Below are positions 1 through 9,029 of a stretch of 15,830 nt of DNA, piece by piece. Both the position numbers and the translations under genes were made by a program. The notes below the pieces were generated by a model. That model did not search any database and was not told the origin of the DNA. It saw only the letters and a list, made by a program, of their open reading frames with translations. This DNA is from Myxococcota bacterium (GTDB lineage: Bacteria > Myxococcota > SpSt-1050), in NCBI GenBank assembly GCA_049969675.1, contig JBMFOP010000070.1, positions 1-15,830 of the forward strand. The letters run 5' to 3'. The first letter of the stretch is position 1; each line of letters begins with the position of its first letter.

Positions 1-2
1 GC

Positions 3-193
3 CAAATATCCCGTGAGATGAGGAGAATTGGTGAGGAATATGGGATAGTATTAAGGGAGAATGAGTATTATGAGAGATTTTTAGAGTTGATAAAGAGATT
101 ATCAGAGAAGGACAACGTAGTTATACTGATAGAGAGTATGACAAGCCAATAATAGATAGTATAGAGGATGTAGAACTTGCAAAGGGGATGAGG
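3..193 (+). pseudogene. Truncated, frameshifted remnant of an AAA-ATPase-like (PF09820-type) protein, 5' end outside window
   Basis: Frame from 3 reads QISREMRRIGEEYGIVLRENEYYERFLELIKRLSEKDNVVILI, then stops at TAA 150-152. The frame from 134 reads EYDKPIIDSIEDVELAKGMR. Adding one base at 132-133 (GA[T]) restores VVILIDEYDKPIID, the Walker B signature of this family. Family-like sequence ends near 193, and the frame stops at 218-220. Confidence 0.8.
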
Positions 194-231
194 GCATCTC
201 AAAATTCCAAATGCAAATAAAAATGTGTTAT

Positions 232-684
232 TTAAAATTTATCAAGCATTGATTTATATTTATCACAATTCGTATTGAATATAATCTTCCTACCTGATTC
301 TCCCAGATATTCAAGATGTATATCTATATGTTTATATTGAGATAATTCAAAAAATTTATCAAACCACTCTATTAAAATTATTGTATCGTCTCTAATAAAT
401 GTCTCAAACCCTATTAACAGGAGCTCTTCAAAAGAGGATAGCCTGTAGACATCTATATGCAAAATTGTTATCTTCTCTGTATTGTATTGATTTACAACGG
501 TGAATGTTGGAGATTTGACATAACCTCTATATCCAAATCCGCTGGCAATACCTTTCACAAACGCCGTCTTCCCACTCCCGAGCTCTCCAGATAATCCAAT
601 CAACTCTCCGCCGCCTAATTGACTGCTCAACCTGATACCATAATTTACTGTCTCATCAACCGAATTACTTATTATCTCAACCAT
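232..684 (-). CDS. tsaE: tRNA threonylcarbamoyladenosine biosynthesis ATPase TsaE (YjeE)
   Basis: Motifs LSGELGSGKT (P-loop), KSPTF, HIDVYRL and IEW. Start moved from 729 to ATG 684 (MVEIISNS), which gives 150 aa and overlaps the nnr stop by 8 nt. Confidence 0.95.
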   Translation of the reverse strand: MVEIISNSVDETVNYGIRLSSQLGGGELIGLSGELGSGKTAFVKGIASGFGYRGYVKSPTFTVVNQYNTEKITILHIDVYRLSSFEELLLIGFETFIRDDTIILIEWFDKFFELSQYKHIDIHLEYLGESGRKIIFNTNCDKYKSMLDKF

Positions 685-2206
685 ATATCTTTGCAATCTG
701 AACTGCCTTTTTAATATATGATGCCACATCTCTTGATAGAAGAGGTGACCTGTTATCAGAAATTGCTATATCCGCAGCAAGCCCGTGTATATATGCCCCT
801 ATCCTTGCCGCATCATAGACTGAATCGGTCTGATGTAATAGACCTCCAATGATACCGGATAGAAGGTCCCCCATTCCACCAGATGCCATAAAGGGATTCC
901 CGCTCATATTAATCGTAAGGTCCCCATTGGGATGGGCGATTATACTCCTTGCCCCTTTAAGTACAACTATGCAGTTATGCTCTGAGGCACATTTTACAGC
1001 ATAACCTACTCTATCTCTCTGAATCTCATCTTTTGAAATCCCGATTATCCTTGAGAGTTCTGTAGGGTGAGGGGTTATGACTACTTTATCACTTTGAAAT
1101 TTGATATCTAAAATAATATTTAATGCCTCTGCATCAAGTATCATCTTCTTCTTCCAGTAAGTTATCAACCTCTTTGTAAATAGAACTGCACCATCCTTTC
1201 TTGAAAGCCCCGGACCAATTACAAGAGTATCTATTCCAGAAAATAATTTATCAAAATACTCATCATCACTTTTTTGATAATCTACCTCCCTTACCATCGC
1301 CTCGGGATACAGGATTGGTAATCTATTGATTACATCTCGTTCAGAGATTAGTGTTACAAGTCCAGCGCCGATACTTAGAGCACCCAGCACAGATAGAAAT
1401 GATGCACCTGGCCTATCAGTTGAACCTGCTACAACTCCAACATGCCCCCCACTGCCCTTATGAAAGTTTATATCAGACCGCAAAACCCTTCCTCTATACA
1501 TCAAAGAGTCTGAAATCTCATAGACTGGCTTAATATCCTTTATCAAAGGAAGTCCAATATCCACCACCTCCACCTCCTGAGTATAAAGTGGGGCTGGATA
1601 TGAGAAGAGTCCAGTCTTACCACCACCTATTGTAATGGTCAGGGCTGACTTAATAGCATCTGGCATCGGAGAACCGCTATCCCCGTTCAAGCCGGATGGG
1701 ATATCAATTGCAACTACCTTATTCTGAACCCCAAGCGAATTTATATAATGGATTATCTCTTTATAGGGGCTCTTGAGTTCAGATTTTATACCGGTGCCGA
1801 GCAGCGCATCAATTATTAAATCGGATTTAATAATCTCATCTGTAATGAAATCAATGTCATCAATCCCATATTTAAGAATTTTGCAATTTTTTACATCTCC
1901 TGCAATCTGTGAGAGTATCTCAAAATTCTTAATAAAATCTTTTGATGAGGATTCAATATCTGATGTGAGAAGGAGTGTAACATTTACACCACTTAAGAGC
2001 AGCAGTCTTGCTACCACCACCCCATCTCCACCATTATTTCCCTTGCCAAGCAGGATAAAGACACTTTGAATCCCGGGGAAGCGTCTCTTAATCTGCTCAA
2101 ATATCTTGTGTCCCGCAACCTCCATCAGAGAATGAGATGGGAGATTAAAATCCTCAATAAGTATGCGGTCATACTCCCTTATCTGCTCAACACTATATAC
2201 TCTCAC
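677..2206 (-). CDS. nnr: Bifunctional NAD(P)H-hydrate repair enzyme (YjeF_N epimerase + carbohydrate-kinase-family dehydratase)
   Basis: Motifs LMEVAG, GKGNNGGDG, DALLGTG, IDIPSG, HKGSGG, IGPGL, TPHPTE, VLKG and GGMGDLL. GTG start with SD AAGGAGG (2212-2218). Adjacent to tsaE, as is usual. Confidence 0.95.
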   Translation of the reverse strand: MRVYSVEQIREYDRILIEDFNLPSHSLMEVAGHKIFEQIKRRFPGIQSVFILLGKGNNGGDGVVVARLLLLSGVNVTLLLTSDIESSSKDFIKNFEILSQIAGDVKNCKILKYGIDDIDFITDEIIKSDLIIDALLGTGIKSELKSPYKEIIHYINSLGVQNKVVAIDIPSGLNGDSGSPMPDAIKSALTITIGGGKTGLFSYPAPLYTQEVEVVDIGLPLIKDIKPVYEISDSLMYRGRVLRSDINFHKGSGGHVGVVAGSTDRPGASFLSVLGALSIGAGLVTLISERDVINRLPILYPEAMVREVDYQKSDDEYFDKLFSGIDTLVIGPGLSRKDGAVLFTKRLITYWKKKMILDAEALNIILDIKFQSDKVVITPHPTELSRIIGISKDEIQRDRVGYAVKCASEHNCIVVLKGARSIIAHPNGDLTINMSGNPFMASGGMGDLLSGIIGGLLHQTDSVYDAARIGAYIHGLAADIAISDNRSPLLSRDVASYIKKAVQIAKIYG

Positions 2207-2601
2207 CTGAGCCTCCTTGCGATTGCAACTACAAATGCATAGTCATGGTCGTGCGATATAGAGAAATTTATCTCATATCTCTTAAAAATTAAGGATGTCT
2301 TCCCTGAAAAAGAGAGTGACGGCCCACCTTTTTTTGAGGTGCAGGAGATCTCGGAGAATCTTATCCCCCTTCTTCCTCTGTTAATCTTTACAAGTGACTC
2401 CTTGAGGGCGAATCTACCTGAGAGATACTCAGCCTTTCTCTTAACTCTCCTGAATTCATCTATCTCCTCTTTAGAAAGAGATCGTTTAAGAAATGCCTCT
2501 TTTTCATCAGAGTCCAGAATCCTCTGAATCCTCGGAATATATACAATATCCACACCTATTTCAAAATCAGAGCCCTTCTCCTTCATCCTTCTTCTCACCA
2601 T
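2203..2601 (-). CDS. acpS: Holo-[acyl-carrier-protein] synthase
   Basis: Motifs IGVDIV, GRFALKES and SISHD. Start is uncertain (2601, GTG 2598 or ATG 2586). It overlaps the scpB 3' end and has a 4-nt GTGA overlap with nnr. Confidence 0.92.
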   Translation of the reverse strand: MVRRRMKEKGSDFEIGVDIVYIPRIQRILDSDEKEAFLKRSLSKEEIDEFRRVKRKAEYLSGRFALKESLVKINRGRRGIRFSEISCTSKKGGPSLSFSGKTSLIFKRYEINFSISHDHDYAFVVAIARRLR

Positions 2602-3430
2602 CCGGGTCTGTTTCTTTTAGCCCCTCATCCGAAGCCCTCTCTGCCCCATTATGTACAGTTGCATCCTTTACATCAATCAGTCCAAGGCTCTCCTTCACCA
2701 TTTTGTTGGTATTTTCCACCCTCTTTAGAGCCTCTTCAAATTGCTGCGCTATATGCTCTTCCTGAAGCTCTTCTGTATCCTGAACCTCCTCCATAATCTC
2801 CTCTTTTAACATCTCCTCCTTATTCAAAGTTGCTTCAGATTCAGTATTTTGATACTGCACAACTTCCTGATATTTAGCCACCCCACTCTCCTCATTGATC
2901 TCCCTTGCTATCTGCTCAAGGTCTTTTAGTGTTGGGAGGTCTGCAAGCGATTTGAGATCAAAGAATTCCATAAACTCCTTTGTGGTGCCATATAAAAATG
3001 GCCTGCCCGGTTCATCTTTCTTACCTACAATTCTTACGAGCCTCTTCTCAATAAGGACCCTCAATGCACCGCTTGAATCAACCCCCCTTATCTCCTCCAC
3101 CTCTGATTTTGTCACAGGCTGACGATATGCCACGATTGCAAGTGTCTCAAGGGCCGCCCGTGACAACTTAAACGGCTTGATATCTATCATCTTCCTGAGA
3201 TATTCGGCATTTTCTGGATTGGTTATAAATTGATATCCATTTGCCACCTCACGCAACAATATCCCTCCTCCACTGCTCTCATAAAATGGTATCAATTCAT
3301 CCAGCATCTTCTTCACACCCTTGGTATCAAAGGGCTCACCTAAAATATCTGCCAGTTCACGGGCAGTAACTGGCTTATCCGAGACAAAAAGGACACTCTC
3401 GATTATAGACCTTACTCTCTGTTCATCCAT
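2567..3430 (-). CDS. scpB: SMC-Scp complex subunit ScpB with acidic C-terminal extension
   Basis: Motifs IIESVLF, LSRAALETLAIVAYRQPVT, EIRGV, GRPFLYGTT and FDLKSLADLP. ATG 3430 is preferred over GTG 3439 because GAGGTG lies 6 nt upstream. Confidence 0.95.
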   Translation of the reverse strand: MDEQRVRSIIESVLFVSDKPVTARELADILGEPFDTKGVKKMLDELIPFYESSGGGILLREVANGYQFITNPENAEYLRKMIDIKPFKLSRAALETLAIVAYRQPVTKSEVEEIRGVDSSGALRVLIEKRLVRIVGKKDEPGRPFLYGTTKEFMEFFDLKSLADLPTLKDLEQIAREINEESGVAKYQEVVQYQNTESEATLNKEEMLKEEIMEEVQDTEELQEEHIAQQFEEALKRVENTNKMVKESLGLIDVKDATVHNGAERASDEGLKETDPDGEKKDEGEGL

Positions 3431-3441
3431 CTCTCTCACCT

Positions 3442-4266
3442 CTATTTATAATCCAGATCCTCAGAGCGGAATATGGTCTCATCCATAATTCCCTCTCCTA
3501 AATTTGCACTGATGTACAACTCATCATCCTTCGTCTGAATAAGCTTAATAAATCTGAGTCTTGCCATCTCAAGTATTGCAAGGAATGTAACTATTATATC
3601 AATCTTTGTCTCGTGTCTTGAGAACATCTCCATAAACTTTACATTCTCCCTCTCCTTAAAAAACTCCAGAAGCTCATAAATCCTGCTGAGTACCGAGACA
3701 CGTTCAGGAGTCAGTTCATAAGAATAGTCTCTATTTGCCCTATCACAGACCTCTTTGTAGAGTCTGATAAGGGTAATGATGTCCACATTCTCTATTGGGG
3801 TCTCATCTGGAACAAGTTCATTCAACTCCTTTACATCCCTCCTGACAAATATATCTCTCATCAACAACCTTCTGGATGCGAGATCCTGTGCGGCATCTCT
3901 GAATCTGCGATAGATAAGAATTCGTTCAATCAGATTCTTCTCCTCCTGTGTCTGCTCCTCCTCATCAGAGATACTCTCATATACCAGCGCCTTTGATTTC
4001 AGATGAATCAATATCGCAGCCATCTTTAGATATTCACTCGCGATATCAATATTGAGACTCCGCATCAAATCCAGATAATGAATGTAATCATCTACGATAG
4101 AGGCAACTGATATACTCAAAATATCCTTCTTCTTCTCTTTGACCAGATGCAACAGGAGGTCAAGAGGTCCCTCAAACTCCTCAAACTTAATAATACAGGG
4201 CTGAAGAGATAAAAGTTCTTCTGAATCCACAATCCTTTCTATATCATTTTCTCTCTTTCCTGCCAT
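3442..4266 (-). CDS. scpA: Segregation and condensation protein ScpA (kleisin)
   Basis: N-terminal FEGPLDLLLHLV and C-terminal IVTFLAILEM. Directly upstream of scpB. Confidence 0.95.
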   Translation of the reverse strand: MAGKRENDIERIVDSEELLSLQPCIIKFEEFEGPLDLLLHLVKEKKKDILSISVASIVDDYIHYLDLMRSLNIDIASEYLKMAAILIHLKSKALVYESISDEEEQTQEEKNLIERILIYRRFRDAAQDLASRRLLMRDIFVRRDVKELNELVPDETPIENVDIITLIRLYKEVCDRANRDYSYELTPERVSVLSRIYELLEFFKERENVKFMEMFSRHETKIDIIVTFLAILEMARLRFIKLIQTKDDELYISANLGEGIMDETIFRSEDLDYK

Positions 4267-4277
4267 CAGATTTTACC

Positions 4278-5261
4278 TTAATACATTATGCCCATCTTCT
4301 CTCTTAACCGATTCAGCACTCTCCTGGCATAAACAGATGCCTTCTTACTCCCATCTATCAGAACATCTCTTATATAATCCCTCTGCCTTTCATACCTGAA
4401 TCTTCTCTCCCTGATCGGTGCAAGCGTATTGATTAGATTTCTAAAACACTCCTTCTTGCAATCCACACAACCTCTCTTTGCTGTCTTACACTCACTCTCA
4501 ATCTGAGAGAGGTCACTACTGCTATATATCCTGTGATACATATAGATGTTGCAAACCTCTGGATGGCCCGGGTCGGATTTCTTAATTCTTGCCGGATCAG
4601 TTATCGCATTCATAATTCTGTCCTTTATCTGTTCGTCTGAATCACCCAAAAAGATTGCATTGTCATAAGATTTACTCATCTTCCTCCCATCAATACCCGG
4701 GATTCTTGAAAATGGAGTAAGTAGCGGTTCTGGTTCAACAAATATATCTCCATAGTAATGATTTACCCTTCTTACAATCTCTCGGGCAAGTTCCAGATGA
4801 GGTAGCTGGTCCTCACCGACAGGGACGAAGTGTGCATCATAAAGTATAATATCTGCGGTCTGCAATACGGGATATCCTAAAAAACCATAGGTGGTGAGGT
4901 CAGCAAACTCAATATTGCTCATCTTCTCTTTATAGCTCGGGACCCTCTCAAGCCAGGATATAGGGGTAAACATTGAGAGTAAGAGATGTAGCTCTGCGTG
5001 TTCAGGGACGAGCGACTGCACAAATAGGACTGACTTATTGGGGTCTATACCAGCAGCGAGAAAGTCAATTGCTACCTGAAATGTATTCTCATATACCTCC
5101 TTTGAATCCTGATAGAGTGTGGTAAGCGAGTGATAATTTGCCACAAAGAAATAGCAGGTATAATCATCCTGCAACTTTACCCAGTGTTCAAGCGCACCGT
5201 GAAAATTTCCTATATGTAACTTTCCCGTAGATTGCATTCCACTCAACACCCTATTCTTCAT
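4278..5261 (-). CDS. trpS: Tryptophan--tRNA ligase
   Basis: Class I motifs HIGN and KMSKS, plus YPVLQTADI and VPVGEDQ. GGAGG SD at 5266-5270. Confidence 0.97.
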   Translation of the reverse strand: MKNRVLSGMQSTGKLHIGNFHGALEHWVKLQDDYTCYFFVANYHSLTTLYQDSKEVYENTFQVAIDFLAAGIDPNKSVLFVQSLVPEHAELHLLLSMFTPISWLERVPSYKEKMSNIEFADLTTYGFLGYPVLQTADIILYDAHFVPVGEDQLPHLELAREIVRRVNHYYGDIFVEPEPLLTPFSRIPGIDGRKMSKSYDNAIFLGDSDEQIKDRIMNAITDPARIKKSDPGHPEVCNIYMYHRIYSSSDLSQIESECKTAKRGCVDCKKECFRNLINTLAPIRERRFRYERQRDYIRDVLIDGSKKASVYARRVLNRLREKMGIMY

Positions 5262-5271
5262 ATATCCTCCA

Positions 5272-5928
5272 TCAGAAATAGATACCCATCAACCCAGAGA
5301 AGAACCTCGTCATCCCTATGAATGCCGGCCCGATGATATCCCCGGCAAAAAGTATTACTGCAATAAAGAGTATAAAAGAATATTTTTCAATAAACTCTAT
5401 GATATACATCTTACTCTCAGGTAGGATTCCATATAATATCTTGCTTCCATCAAGTGGCGGAACCGGTAATAGATTGAAGAGAAAGAGACCAATATTTACC
5501 TGCATAGTATTTACCACGAGTAAGAATAATGCCTTAAAAATGCCCGAATCTGAATCTGGAACTGCAAGGAGTATCAATCTCCCGCAGAGAATCATAATTA
5601 AGGCAAATATCAGATTGCTGACAGGCCCTGCTAATGCCGTGTACATAATCCCCCTTCTCATAGAGATATTCCTGTTGAAGAAGAGCGGGTTAAAAGGGAC
5701 TGGCTTTGCCCATCCAAAAAATGGGAGCCCTGACAGAATTCCCATAATGGGCATAATAACTGTCCCGAGAATGTCTATATGTGCAATGGGATTGAGTGTG
5801 AGCCTACCCATTCTATATGCCGTCTCATCCCCCAATTTATATGAGGTAAATGCATGTGCATATTCGTGTATAGTAATTGAAAGCAGAAGCGGGATATAAT
5901 ATGATATTACCTTAAAGATGAGTTCCAT
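5272..5928 (-). CDS. Site-2 protease family (peptidase M50) membrane metalloprotease
   Basis: HEYAH zinc motif, GRLTLNP, GWAKPVP, AGPVSN and FNLLPVPPLDG, with several hydrophobic helices. The position upstream of trpS-scpAB is a common arrangement. Confidence 0.93.
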   Translation of the reverse strand: MELIFKVISYYIPLLLSITIHEYAHAFTSYKLGDETAYRMGRLTLNPIAHIDILGTVIMPIMGILSGLPFFGWAKPVPFNPLFFNRNISMRRGIMYTALAGPVSNLIFALIMILCGRLILLAVPDSDSGIFKALFLLVVNTMQVNIGLFLFNLLPVPPLDGSKILYGILPESKMYIIEFIEKYSFILFIAVILFAGDIIGPAFIGMTRFFSGLMGIYF

Positions 5929-5934
5929 ACATTT

Positions 5935-6507
5935 TCAGTATTTAAATACTGCCTTTCCGAGTACACTTGAAAATACGAGAGATACCCCTTTTATATCAGT
6001 CCTATCCTTCTTTTCAAATCTAATCTGATAAAATTTCCCGAACCTTGATACACCCGGATAAAGAATCTTAACCTTCTGGTCCGCCTTGATCTCCTTAATC
6101 TCCACAGGATACTCTCTCTTCCCATTTGAATCCTCAATAAATATCCTCCAGATGGAGTTCTTCACATTCAGGTCATTTGTCTTAAAATCTGTTGTGGAGA
6201 GGACCACACAGAAATCAAAGAATCTGCTCTCCTCCTCCATCTCTTTATTCAAAAGGGCACCTTTTTCACTCTCAGTAAGGCTCTCCATCTCAGCAATCGC
6301 CTCAACAAGATTCTTTCTAAGTTCAATTGATTTATAGATTACCTTAAAGAATGCCCTGCTCTGAAATCCGTCGTAGATAGAACCCTTCTTCATCTCATCA
6401 GACAAATATTTATGAAGTGAATCCAGTTTTTTGGAGTTATACCCTGCACCCACACAGGAGAAAATCTGGAGACATAAAATGTAGAATATAAAAACCTTAC
6501 TCTTCAC
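5935..6507 (-). CDS. Putative lipoprotein of unknown function
   Basis: GTG start overlapping the pyrE end. Basic N-terminus, hydrophobic stretch and lipobox-like IFS-C (Cys18). The 190-aa ORF exactly fills the operon gap. Confidence 0.75.
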   Translation of the reverse strand: MKSKVFIFYILCLQIFSCVGAGYNSKKLDSLHKYLSDEMKKGSIYDGFQSRAFFKVIYKSIELRKNLVEAIAEMESLTESEKGALLNKEMEEESRFFDFCVVLSTTDFKTNDLNVKNSIWRIFIEDSNGKREYPVEIKEIKADQKVKILYPGVSRFGKFYQIRFEKKDRTDIKGVSLVFSSVLGKAVFKY

Positions 6508-7063
6508 TTATAAAATCCCTCTTCTTGAATACAGAATGGAGTCTGTAACCGACATTTTCCACATTCTCGCGACCACCCTCCTCCCTATCCACAAGGCAGA
6601 TGATATATGCAACTTTAAGCCCTTCATTACTTATCCGCTCACATGCCCTTAATGTTGAGCCACCGGTGGTCACCACATCTTCAAGAATCACTACTTTTGC
6701 ATTTTGGGGGATATTCTTCTTGCCCTCAACATACTCCTCAGTCCCATGCCCTTTAAGTTCCTTTCTGATTATAAGTGCCGGGAGATTCTTACCTTTTAAA
6801 AAACCGGCATAGGCGGTTGCACAGACCAGAGGGTCCCCTCCAAGAGTTACACCCGCAACCCCGTCCACCTTTTCATCCTCTCGCTCTATGATATCAAGAA
6901 AGATATTCCCGATTAAAAAAAGTCCTTCTGGTGTAAGCGCTGTCTGCTTGCAATCTATATAGAAGTTGCTCCTTCTTCCAGATGCAAGTATTATCTCTCT
7001 TCTTTGAAATGATAACTCCTTTAATAATGTCAACAATCTTTCTTTACTCTCTTCAATATTCAT
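6497..7063 (-). CDS. pyrE: Orotate phosphoribosyltransferase
   Basis: Motifs LASGRRSNFYIDCK, IRKELKGHG and the PRPP-binding VILEDVVTTGGS. Start moved from 7153 to ATG 7063 (MNIEES), which has GAGAGGAA upstream and gives 188 aa. Confidence 0.95.
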   Translation of the reverse strand: MNIEESKERLLTLLKELSFQRREIILASGRRSNFYIDCKQTALTPEGLFLIGNIFLDIIEREDEKVDGVAGVTLGGDPLVCATAYAGFLKGKNLPALIIRKELKGHGTEEYVEGKKNIPQNAKVVILEDVVTTGGSTLRACERISNEGLKVAYIICLVDREEGGRENVENVGYRLHSVFKKRDFISEE

Positions 7064-7094
7064 ACTAAAAATTCCTCTCAAATAACAGAGGCAG

Positions 7095-7122
7095 ATTTTA
7101 TTAGGATATGCCAAAAAGTCAA
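7095..7122 (-). promoter_or_regulatory. Putative sigma70 promoter of the pyrE-tsaE operon
   Basis: Minus strand TTGACT (7122-7117), 16-nt spacer, TAAAAT (7100-7095), about 30 nt upstream of the pyrE ATG. Confidence 0.55.
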
Positions 7123-7223
7123 ATGAAAATATCAGTCTCTGGCAATAACACAAAATTTCATTATCTTACACTCCAGATACAATATTAGGCTATTAATATG
7201 GAACAGACAAGCAATTTTTATAC

Positions 7224-7252
7224 TTGCATTTAAGAAAGTCTTTATATAATAT
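7224..7252 (+). promoter_or_regulatory. Putative sigma70 promoter of the plus-strand unit
   Basis: TTGCAT (7224-7229), 17-nt spacer, TAATAT (7247-7252), overlapping TATAAT (7245-7250). Followed by SD AAGGAG (7271-7276) and ATG 7284. Confidence 0.55.
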
Positions 7253-7283
7253 ACCAGAAGAATTTTTCAAAAGGAGTTCTTCT

Positions 7284-8240
7284 ATGGAATTCAAGAAGTT
7301 TTTACTCTCACTGGCAGGAATTCTGATAATAGGTGGTATAATAATCTATCTGATAATCTACGCCACAAGGACAAATGCAGAGCGCAATTTTGAGATTGAG
7401 AAGAAGAATCTGGTGCAGGACTTTATTGTAAAGAACGCCTGGATGAGGGTTGCAAAGAACAAAGGACAATATACAACCGAGATAACCTCCCTGATTAAGA
7501 CACATATATCAAAGATGAAAGAGATATACACAAAATACGGTAAGGAGATGGATATTGATAAAAAGTGGAAGGAGTATTCAGAGGGAGGTAAAGAGACCGG
7601 GACACAACTTGCTATGATTGGTGAGAAGGCAGACAAGAAGTATGCAGAACAACGTTCAGCGATGGAAGAGGCATTTAAATACTCAAAAGATGTCTTTAAG
7701 ACATTTCTGGAGGCGAGGTACAATCCAATATTTACAGCATCCGATGAAGGTGTGCGTCTGGACTTCTATGATATCACAAGAGTCAATGAAGGTGGAAATC
7801 AGGTTTTGAGATGGAAATTCATTATGTGGGGGGCATTCCCTGATATGAGATACAGCGGTATCACAATTACCCTCTATGATGAAAATGGAAAGAAGTTTGG
7901 AGAGATTAACTCCTCATCATCGCAACCGAATTTAAGAGTAGAAGACCCGACTATCTGGATAGAGGATTTTCCTCCTCTTGCAATGCCGGGCTACTACGAC
8001 CTCCCACTCATCCCATACCCTGTTGCAAAGGCAGATTATGAGTTTAGATTCTCTGCAAAGACCTATTTTGGCTCAGAGGTCTCCTTTACACTGCTTTACA
8101 AAGATATCCCTATTGAGCCATCCTGGAAGCTCCCGCCAGAGGCAAAGTGGGAGGCTCAGGCAGTAGAGGAGACCCCTCCCGAGTATAATGAGGACATCTC
8201 CCCTGATAAGATGAAGAAAGAAGGAAAGAAGAAGAAATAA
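7284..8240 (+). CDS. Hypothetical protein with a single N-terminal membrane anchor
   Basis: Start moved from TTG 7224 to ATG 7284 (SD AAGGAG), giving 318 aa. Hydrophobic helix FLLSLAGILIIGGIIIYLIIYA followed by a soluble domain. No function recognised. Confidence 0.85.
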   Translation: MEFKKFLLSLAGILIIGGIIIYLIIYATRTNAERNFEIEKKNLVQDFIVKNAWMRVAKNKGQYTTEITSLIKTHISKMKEIYTKYGKEMDIDKKWKEYSEGGKETGTQLAMIGEKADKKYAEQRSAMEEAFKYSKDVFKTFLEARYNPIFTASDEGVRLDFYDITRVNEGGNQVLRWKFIMWGAFPDMRYSGITITLYDENGKKFGEINSSSSQPNLRVEDPTIWIEDFPPLAMPGYYDLPLIPYPVAKADYEFRFSAKTYFGSEVSFTLLYKDIPIEPSWKLPPEAKWEAQAVEETPPEYNEDISPDKMKKEGKKKK

Positions 8241-8241
8241 G

Positions 8242-8979
8242 ATGCAGCAGAAAAAGAGACTTGGAGACCTTCTTTTAGAACTAAAAGTAATAAATGAAGA
8301 CCAGCTCAAGGTTGCCCTTGATTTTGCTAAAAAGTGGAATTACAAACTTGGTGCAGCCCTTGTTGCAAATAATTTTATTAAAGAGGAAAAACTTCTTGAA
8401 ATATTGAGCAGACATCTGGGAATACCTATTGTAGACCTTACAAACTACCGTGAAAATAAAATGATATTAAAACTTATCACTCCTGAAATCGCTGAAAAAT
8501 ATGTACTATTCCCTGTCTCTTTTGTGCAGGAAGGACCCCGAAGTCTCTTGCTGGTAGCTATGTCTGACCCCTTAAACTTTGATGCCATTTCAGAGGTAGA
8601 GTTTGTCTCCAATTACAAGGTCAAACCGGCCCTCGCCCCTAATAGTCTGATTGAAAAACTGATAAGGAGGCACTATCTCGGTGTTGATACGGACCCAATA
8701 GAGATCACGCCCGACAGTTCTATGTCCCCATACTCAGAAATAAATATCCCCCTTAATGAACAGGAGATATCATTTGATGAAGACAATAAAGCAATGATAT
8801 CAAGGGTAGAGGAGAAGAGAGAGAGTACCAATAGCAAGATAGTAGAATTCCCCAAAAGCGATAAGCTCGCTCAGGACCTGCAATTTGTGGCGGTGGTCAG
8901 ACTGCTTATCAAAAAGGGAATCATTTCAAAAGAAGAGTTAATAAACGAAATAAATAAACTCAAACAACGTAAAAAATAG
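8242..8979 (+). CDS. Stand-alone MshEN / T2SSE_N (GspE/PilB N-terminal) domain protein lacking the ATPase domain
   Basis: Tandem motif RLGDLLLELKVINEDQLKVALDFAKKWNYKLGAALVANNFIKEEKLLEILSRHLG, then AEKYVLFPV and LLVAMSDPLN. No Walker A/B motifs. C-terminal helix RLLIKKGIISKEEL. Confidence 0.85.
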   Translation: MQQKKRLGDLLLELKVINEDQLKVALDFAKKWNYKLGAALVANNFIKEEKLLEILSRHLGIPIVDLTNYRENKMILKLITPEIAEKYVLFPVSFVQEGPRSLLLVAMSDPLNFDAISEVEFVSNYKVKPALAPNSLIEKLIRRHYLGVDTDPIEITPDSSMSPYSEINIPLNEQEISFDEDNKAMISRVEEKRESTNSKIVEFPKSDKLAQDLQFVAVVRLLIKKGIISKEELINEINKLKQRKK

Positions 8980-9029
8980 AAACCTTATTTATATGTCTGC
9001 ATCTTAAAAACAAAGATTTAGGAGGTATT

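Noticed and set aside
1351..3122. Small plus-strand ORFs (1351, 1773, 2339, 2493, 2895), and likewise 6086, 6600, 11365, 13405, 13741 and 13866
   Set aside because: All lie antisense to confident genes and have the Ser/Leu/Phe/Pro-rich composition typical of shadow frames.
5318..5899. 193-aa plus-strand ORF
   Set aside because: Antisense shadow of the well-supported M50 protease, with no motifs of its own.
7064..7283. N-terminal extensions of pyrE (to 7153) and of the plus-strand gene (from 7224)
   Set aside because: The extensions cover the promoter-like elements, and SD sequences support ATG 7063 and ATG 7284.
8242..8979. Calling this gene pilB/gspE or a truncated pseudogene
   Set aside because: It has no ATPase motifs, but it ends in an ordered C-terminal helix with a normal stop and no ATPase relic downstream. 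This fits a genuine stand-alone domain protein.
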